Assembly: GCA_963797095.1 (NCBI GenBank)
Contig: CAWCNY010000005.1
Coordinates: 32,001-96,000 of the forward strand
Reading direction: 5' to 3'
DNA length: 64,000 nt
Source: an uncultured Chloroflexia bacterium
GTDB lineage: Bacteria > Chloroflexota > Chloroflexia > QHBQ01 > JADMIH01
In this document: in pieces, positions 58,969-64,000 of the stretch
Position numbering within the stretch: position 1 is the stretch's first letter
Layout: each line of letters starts with the position of its first letter
The notes under the pieces: generated by a model
What the model saw: only the letters and a program-made list of their open reading frames with translations
Told to the model about the DNA's origin: nothing
Databases searched by the model: none
Position numbers and translations under genes: made by a program

Positions 58969-60438
58969 ATGTCACTTAGATTGAGCTTTACATTGTGGTC
59001 CACGCTCATATTGGCCGCTTTCCTGGCTGTATTTGGCGTGCTGGCGGTCTACTCGCTGAACTATTTCCTGATCAAGGGGATCGATGAGAATATCGACCGG
59101 CAGACAACGGCCACGCTAAGTTATATCATCTTCAAGCAGGACCTCAACCTCTCAACTCTGGGCGATGAGGACCGCATGGACAGCATCTTCTACACCATTC
59201 TGGACCCAAACGGCAATATTGCGCGGGCCGATCGCAACCTGCCGATCAATGACGCTTTCGTGTTGCGTGCTCTGGATGGTGAGACAGTGGTAGCTACCCA
59301 AAACTTGCCTGATGGCACGCCCATGAGGGTCATGCTCAAACCTATCACCTACAGTGGGACGGGTGAAATCGCAGGCGTTCTCGAAGCTGCTACTCCGCTG
59401 GTTTTCGTGAACCAGATATCAAGTGATGTCACGTTACTGCTGGTGATTAGCTCGGCTGCTCTGCTTGTGATTGGGGCAGTCGGCTCGTATATGCTGACTG
59501 GTCGCGCCTTCCGGGCGGTGGGCGCCCTCGACCGGAAAGTGCGCCAGATTCAGTTATCGCAGGACCTGTCACAGAGGGTGACCGAACCGAACAGCCAGGA
59601 CGAGCTTGGCAATCTTGCCCGGACATTCAACGGGATGCTTGCGCGCATGCAGTCGGCCTTCGAGACGCAGAGGCGCTTCGTGGCCGATTCCTCGCATGAG
59701 TTGCGCACGCCTCTGACGGTGATCAAGAGCAACCTGCATCTTCTCAGGCAGACTACCGATGCATCCGAACGCACGGAGCTTTTGAACGTGACCGAGGGTG
59801 AAGTGTCGCGGCTCAACCGCATGGTGGACGACCTTCTGTACATGGCACAGATGCAGGCAGGCCACGATCTCAAGCCTGTTTTCAGGCCCGTGGAGCTTGA
59901 CAGTCTGCTCCTTGATGCATATATGCGTGCTCGCCCGCTGGCGATGTTGAAGGACCAGCGATTCACCCTTGTGCATGAAGATATCGCTACCACGATGGGG
60001 GACCGAGACCAGTTGCAACATTTGCTGCTGAACCTGCTGGATAACGCCATCAAGTACACAGGCGAGGGCGGGATGGTCACGCTTGGCCTCTGGAACGATC
60101 GTGGTTGGGCGCGGATCGAGGTCACTGACAACGGGCGCGGAATCGCTGACGACGAGCTTCCGCATATCTTCGACCGCTTCTTCAGGACCTCAGATGCTCG
60201 CCAGAACCAGCGCAATGGCTCAGGACTCGGACTGGCTATCGTCAAATCGATTGCCGAATTGCACGGCGGCAAGATCGAGGTATTCAGCCGCCAGGGTGAG
60301 GGGACAGCCTTCCGTTTGTGGCTCAGCTTGATGGACGCTCCCCAGAACCCTCAACTGGAGGACGATGAGGATGTACTGGAATTCGAAGATGTGACCGACC
60401 TAGTAACAAGCGAACAAGTAGGAGGGTCTATTGCCTGA
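58969..60438 (+). CDS. Sensor histidine kinase (two TM, HAMP, HisKA, HATPase)
   Basis: DELGNLARTFN, SHELRTPL, NLLDNAIKY, DNGRGI, GSGLGL. Confidence 0.96.
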   Translation: MSLRLSFTLWSTLILAAFLAVFGVLAVYSLNYFLIKGIDENIDRQTTATLSYIIFKQDLNLSTLGDEDRMDSIFYTILDPNGNIARADRNLPINDAFVLRALDGETVVATQNLPDGTPMRVMLKPITYSGTGEIAGVLEAATPLVFVNQISSDVTLLLVISSAALLVIGAVGSYMLTGRAFRAVGALDRKVRQIQLSQDLSQRVTEPNSQDELGNLARTFNGMLARMQSAFETQRRFVADSSHELRTPLTVIKSNLHLLRQTTDASERTELLNVTEGEVSRLNRMVDDLLYMAQMQAGHDLKPVFRPVELDSLLLDAYMRARPLAMLKDQRFTLVHEDIATTMGDRDQLQHLLLNLLDNAIKYTGEGGMVTLGLWNDRGWARIEVTDNGRGIADDELPHIFDRFFRTSDARQNQRNGSGLGLAIVKSIAELHGGKIEVFSRQGEGTAFRLWLSLMDAPQNPQLEDDEDVLEFEDVTDLVTSEQVGGSIA

Positions 60439-61225
60439 TTTCGTAAACCTATTGCTCGATATTGACCCGGAGCGGCACGTAGCACTTTTGACCATCAACC
60501 GGGCAGACAAGTTGAATGCCCTGAATCGCGCTCTACTCGAAGAGCTTGATAGCGCGCTCGACTACATCGCTTCGCAAGCTGAGGTGCGGGCGTTGGTGAT
60601 CACGGGGGCGGGCACCAAGGCTTTTGTGGCAGGTGCTGATATTGGCGAGATTGCTGCGCTTGAAGGGATGGACGACGGCGGCGAGTTCTCGCGGTTCGGG
60701 CAGGAAATCTTCACCAGGATCGAGCGCATGACCATACCTGTGATCATGGCGATCAACGGGTACGCGCTTGGGGGCGGTTGCGAGCTGGCATTGTGTGGCG
60801 ATATCCGCATAGCTTCGGAGAACGCGCAGCTGGGGCAGCCTGAGATCAACCTGGGGGTAATACCGGGCTACGGAGGGACGCAAAGGTTGGCGCGTATTAT
60901 CGGGCGCGACCGGGCGAAGGGCCTTATCTTTACGGGAGAGCGGGTTGGTGCGGAGGATGCTCTGAGGTTGGGTCTGGTTGATCGCATTGTGCCACAGACC
61001 GAGCTGGTGATAGAGGCCACGAACCTGGCGGTTACGCTGGCAGGCAAAGCACCGCGCGCCTTGGCGCTTGCCAAGATGGCGATCAATGAGGGGGCATCGC
61101 TGCCGCTTCAGGAGGCGCTGGAGTTGGAAGCCAACCTGTTCGGACAGGCGGTAGCCACGCAGGACCGCAAGGAGGGCACGGCGGCCTTCCTGGAGAAGCG
61201 CCAGCCAAACTGGACCGGAAGTTGA
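60431..61225 (+). CDS. Enoyl-CoA hydratase (crotonase family)
   Basis: INRADKLNALN, FVAGADI, NGYALGGGCELAL, GQPEINLG.IPGYGGTQRL. Confidence 0.94.
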   Translation: MPDFVNLLLDIDPERHVALLTINRADKLNALNRALLEELDSALDYIASQAEVRALVITGAGTKAFVAGADIGEIAALEGMDDGGEFSRFGQEIFTRIERMTIPVIMAINGYALGGGCELALCGDIRIASENAQLGQPEINLGVIPGYGGTQRLARIIGRDRAKGLIFTGERVGAEDALRLGLVDRIVPQTELVIEATNLAVTLAGKAPRALALAKMAINEGASLPLQEALELEANLFGQAVATQDRKEGTAAFLEKRQPNWTGS

Positions 61226-61229
61226 CCTC

Positions 61230-62159
61230 GTGACGGTGGACGATTTCATATTTCGCGATGCCCGCCCCGATGACCGGGACGAGGTGCTTGCATTTACGGC
61301 CCACACCTGGGAGCACGGCGACTATATCAGGTTTGTATTCGACAGGTGGCAGTCGGACCCTCAAGGGCGCTTTCTCATAATTGAAGACACGGCCAGCGAG
61401 CGTATCGCGGGCATAGACAAGCTGACGATGCTGGCTCCGGGGGAGGCGTGGTTCGAGGGCCTGCGGATCAGGGAAGAGTACAGGGGACAGGGGCTGGCTA
61501 CCAGGGTGCAGAGTTTCATGATCCGGGAGGCGAAACGCCTGGGAGCGCATGTTGTCCGGTTCATTACCCGTGTTGGCAACACGCCGATCCACCTTGCAGG
61601 CTATCGCGATGGCTTTGTTCAAACCGCCCTGTTGCGCGGGTTTGAGTGGGAGGGCGAGAGTGGGACGCCCGGTCCGAGTGATGGTGAAGCATTTCAGTTG
61701 CGCCGTGCCACCCCTGAGGAAGCCGATTTGTTGTATGAAGGGTGGGTGCGCTCGTCTGCTTACCGGACCGCAGGGTTGGTAAACCTGTCGTGGTCGCTAC
61801 GCTCAAGCTCCGTGGAGGAATGGGTGAAGGCGGCACAGGGCGGTTATTTGCTGGCAAGGTCGGGGCCAATCGCAGCCAGGGATCAGTTGCCAGTGGCGTG
61901 CGTGCTATTGCGTCCGGGTGGGGAGAAAGATGAGCAAGCCTGGACTGTTAGCGCAGTGTCGGCATTGGAGTCGGAGTGGACGCCTTTAGTAAGAGGTCTC
62001 ATCGTGTCGGCGCAGGCAGGAGGGATAGGCCGGATAGAGGGACTATTGCCCGATGACCATCTGGTTTACAAAGCGACGCAGGCCGCCGGGATCAAGCCGC
62101 ACGCCGATGATTTCTGCCACTGTTTGTTTGAGCTTGACCTGGGCAAAATGGAGGCTTAG
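61230..62159 (+). CDS. GNAT family N-acetyltransferase
   Basis: AWFEGLRIREEYRGQGLA (acetyl-CoA motif A). Confidence 0.85.
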   Translation: MTVDDFIFRDARPDDRDEVLAFTAHTWEHGDYIRFVFDRWQSDPQGRFLIIEDTASERIAGIDKLTMLAPGEAWFEGLRIREEYRGQGLATRVQSFMIREAKRLGAHVVRFITRVGNTPIHLAGYRDGFVQTALLRGFEWEGESGTPGPSDGEAFQLRRATPEEADLLYEGWVRSSAYRTAGLVNLSWSLRSSSVEEWVKAAQGGYLLARSGPIAARDQLPVACVLLRPGGEKDEQAWTVSAVSALESEWTPLVRGLIVSAQAGGIGRIEGLLPDDHLVYKATQAAGIKPHADDFCHCLFELDLGKMEA

Positions 62160-62239
62160 AGGCGGCACACTTATCATCAACAATAAGAGGGGCTAGCCCT
62201 GGTTCTTACATGAACTTACCTGCTAAGGAGGGGGACGGT

Positions 62240-63079
62240 ATGAGCAAAACGCAACACCCAGAGCCTACACGGCAGGCGACAGAAACCCTGCCGACCAAAG
62301 AAAAGGCCGGCGAGGGGTCGGCGACCACAGGTAAAGGCGGTCAGATTGTCTATGGGAACTACGGTTCAATTATCACGACTGAGAACCCAACCTGGCAATA
62401 TGGCGGCTTCCCGCAGCCAGATGGCACCTTCTGGCAGTATCGTGAGCCAAACGCCGTTGTGGTAGTGGAGGGTGACCGGCTGCGCGTGACGGCGGTGCCC
62501 CTGACGCGCGGCCACGATCAGGTGCAGATTCTGGACAACGCCAAGAACATGTACTTTTCCACCCAGAAGTTCGAGCCACCGGAGCAAGGCACGATTACTC
62601 TGGAATGGTGGATGAGCGCGCGCGGCATTGGGACCACGGCCCGCGACCTGTACGACGGCTTCGTCTCGGTGAATCTGCTGGACTTTGCCAACGGCCTGGC
62701 GTTGGATATCTTCATGTCCAATGATGTGGTTGCCACTGTCTATGCGCGGCTGCCCTTTCCGGGCGTGCCGGTACCTGAAGATAGCAAGACTGATCGGCCC
62801 AAGTATTTCTGCTACTTCCACGAGCTAGAGCTTCCAACGAAGCCGGGAATGAGACATGACTGCAAAATTGCCTACACCAAAAGCACCAATGAACTGATCT
62901 TCTGGATTGATGGCGTAGAGGTCAGCCACTATACTGAGGTGCCCGCCAGGATGGATTCCTTCTTGATCGCGCTGGGGCTGATGACCGAGAAGGCGATTCA
63001 CCAGGGCAAGAGCGCCTCGCTGCATGGACAAGGTTTGATTGGCGAGTGGGGGCCGTTTACAGTAGCCAAGAGTTTGTAG
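62240..63079 (+). CDS. Conserved hypothetical beta-rich protein (DUF6081-like)
   Basis: YREPNAVV, LDNAKNMYFST..F..P; AAGGAGG RBS; family recalled from motifs, not searched. Confidence 0.6.
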   Translation: MSKTQHPEPTRQATETLPTKEKAGEGSATTGKGGQIVYGNYGSIITTENPTWQYGGFPQPDGTFWQYREPNAVVVVEGDRLRVTAVPLTRGHDQVQILDNAKNMYFSTQKFEPPEQGTITLEWWMSARGIGTTARDLYDGFVSVNLLDFANGLALDIFMSNDVVATVYARLPFPGVPVPEDSKTDRPKYFCYFHELELPTKPGMRHDCKIAYTKSTNELIFWIDGVEVSHYTEVPARMDSFLIALGLMTEKAIHQGKSASLHGQGLIGEWGPFTVAKSL

Positions 63080-63088
63080 TCCTTTAGG

Positions 63089-63676
63089 TCAGTGAGAAGC
63101 CTGAGGCATTTCGAACAGGCCGTCATAAAGCACGCGCACATATGGTGGGAGCTTCCTCATGTCGCCCATCGTGCCGCTTGCCAGCCCGGCGAACATTTCC
63201 CAGTCGTTGCGCTCGACGAGCATGCCCGCCCAGTTTTGCTCAGGGATGCCATGAACGTAGCCGAAAGCCAGTTTGGCGATGCCATGGTAGTTTGGGTCTT
63301 GCTCGGCTGAGAGGCGTACCACTGCCTCGATCATCTCGTCCTCACGACCCTTGCGGCGATAGTGCCACCAGGAATGGGCAAGCTCGTGGACGGCAGCCTC
63401 GTCCTGGGCGGTGAAAAGATGCACCTGGTTTTGTGAAGGAATCCAGTAGCCGCCACCGCGCCTGGTCGTCAGGTCATCTACGCGCAGGTTCACGTTTTGA
63501 CGGATCCACTCCTGGGCAAGCTTGGTGAAATGGTGCTGGCGCATGACACGCGACACGAAAGCCCAGGCCTCGTCGCTGCCAGCACCGGTCGCAGGGCGAT
63601 CACCAAAGAGACCGCGCACTTGATCGATGAGGGAGCCGAGCGCCTGCCGAGCCTTGCTGAGGAAGGGAGATGCCAT
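63089..63676 (-). CDS. Small putative zincin metallopeptidase
   Basis: AVHELAHSWWH (HExxH) with a distal WEMFA glutamate. Confidence 0.65.
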   Translation of the reverse strand: MASPFLSKARQALGSLIDQVRGLFGDRPATGAGSDEAWAFVSRVMRQHHFTKLAQEWIRQNVNLRVDDLTTRRGGGYWIPSQNQVHLFTAQDEAAVHELAHSWWHYRRKGREDEMIEAVVRLSAEQDPNYHGIAKLAFGYVHGIPEQNWAGMLVERNDWEMFAGLASGTMGDMRKLPPYVRVLYDGLFEMPQASH

Positions 63677-63683
63677 GTTGTGG

Positions 63684-64000
63684 TTATCCGATGCCGTGCT
63701 CGGCGTTGCGCGAATAGTGATCGGTCAGGCGGTTGCGGGCCTCCCATAGCTCAGGAAAGAACTTGTATTGAAGGGTCCTGCCCAGATAGCCCGCGCCCGA
63801 GGAACCCGCGGTGCCGGGCACCTTGCCGCCGATGGTGCGCTCTACCAGTTTGATGTGCTTGAAGCGCCACTCGCTGAAATAGACCTCGTATTCGCTCAGG
63901 GCTTCGGCCAGCGCGAATAAGGCGGGATAGCGCGCAATATCGTCGTAGATAGCTGTCCAGGCATCGGTAGGATCGGGCGCGACATCGGCCAGAAGAGCAT
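63684..64000 (-). CDS. kynA: Tryptophan 2,3-dioxygenase, 3' part (absent from the ORF track)
   Basis: Manual translation: LAEALSEYEVYFSEWRFKHIKLVERTIGGKVPGTAGSSGAGYL...FFPELWEAR; TAA at 63684-63686. Confidence 0.9.
   Translation of the reverse strand, partial: ALLADVAPDPTDAWTAIYDDIARYPALFALAEALSEYEVYFSEWRFKHIKLVERTIGGKVPGTAGSSGAGYLGRTLQYKFFPELWEARNRLTDHYSRNAEHGIG

Overview
A roughly 58% GC bacterial chromosome segment, very likely from a Chloroflexota (Chloroflexia-like) organism. That call is an inference from the FPETG-repeat and Cys-containing SLH-like surface proteins and the REP and heptamer repeat types. Housekeeping genes include gatC, gatA (frameshifted), ftsB/divIC-like, initiator tRNA-fMet, pepF, rpsT, holA, 6S RNA, pntA1/A2/B, mdh, a trxB-like reductase, an OmpR-type two-component pair, enoyl-CoA hydratase and the 3' end of kynA. 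Large secreted proteins include a 2.2-kaa LTD-PLD-EEP nuclease-like protein, a BNR propeller, a glycoside hydrolase and a Gly/Ser-rich fibre-like protein. Mobile DNA is abundant: ISAzo13, IS66, an ISAs1 remnant, two ISAs1-type MITEs, three abutting IS630 copies and a truncated IS110 that keeps its long non-coding end (bridge-RNA candidate). The best candidate for an uncharacterised system is a co-oriented four-gene amide-ligase cluster at 53299-57895 (esterase, ATP-grasp, circularly permuted ATP-grasp, GCS2/YbdK ligase). All family assignments come from motif recognition by eye; no database searches were run.
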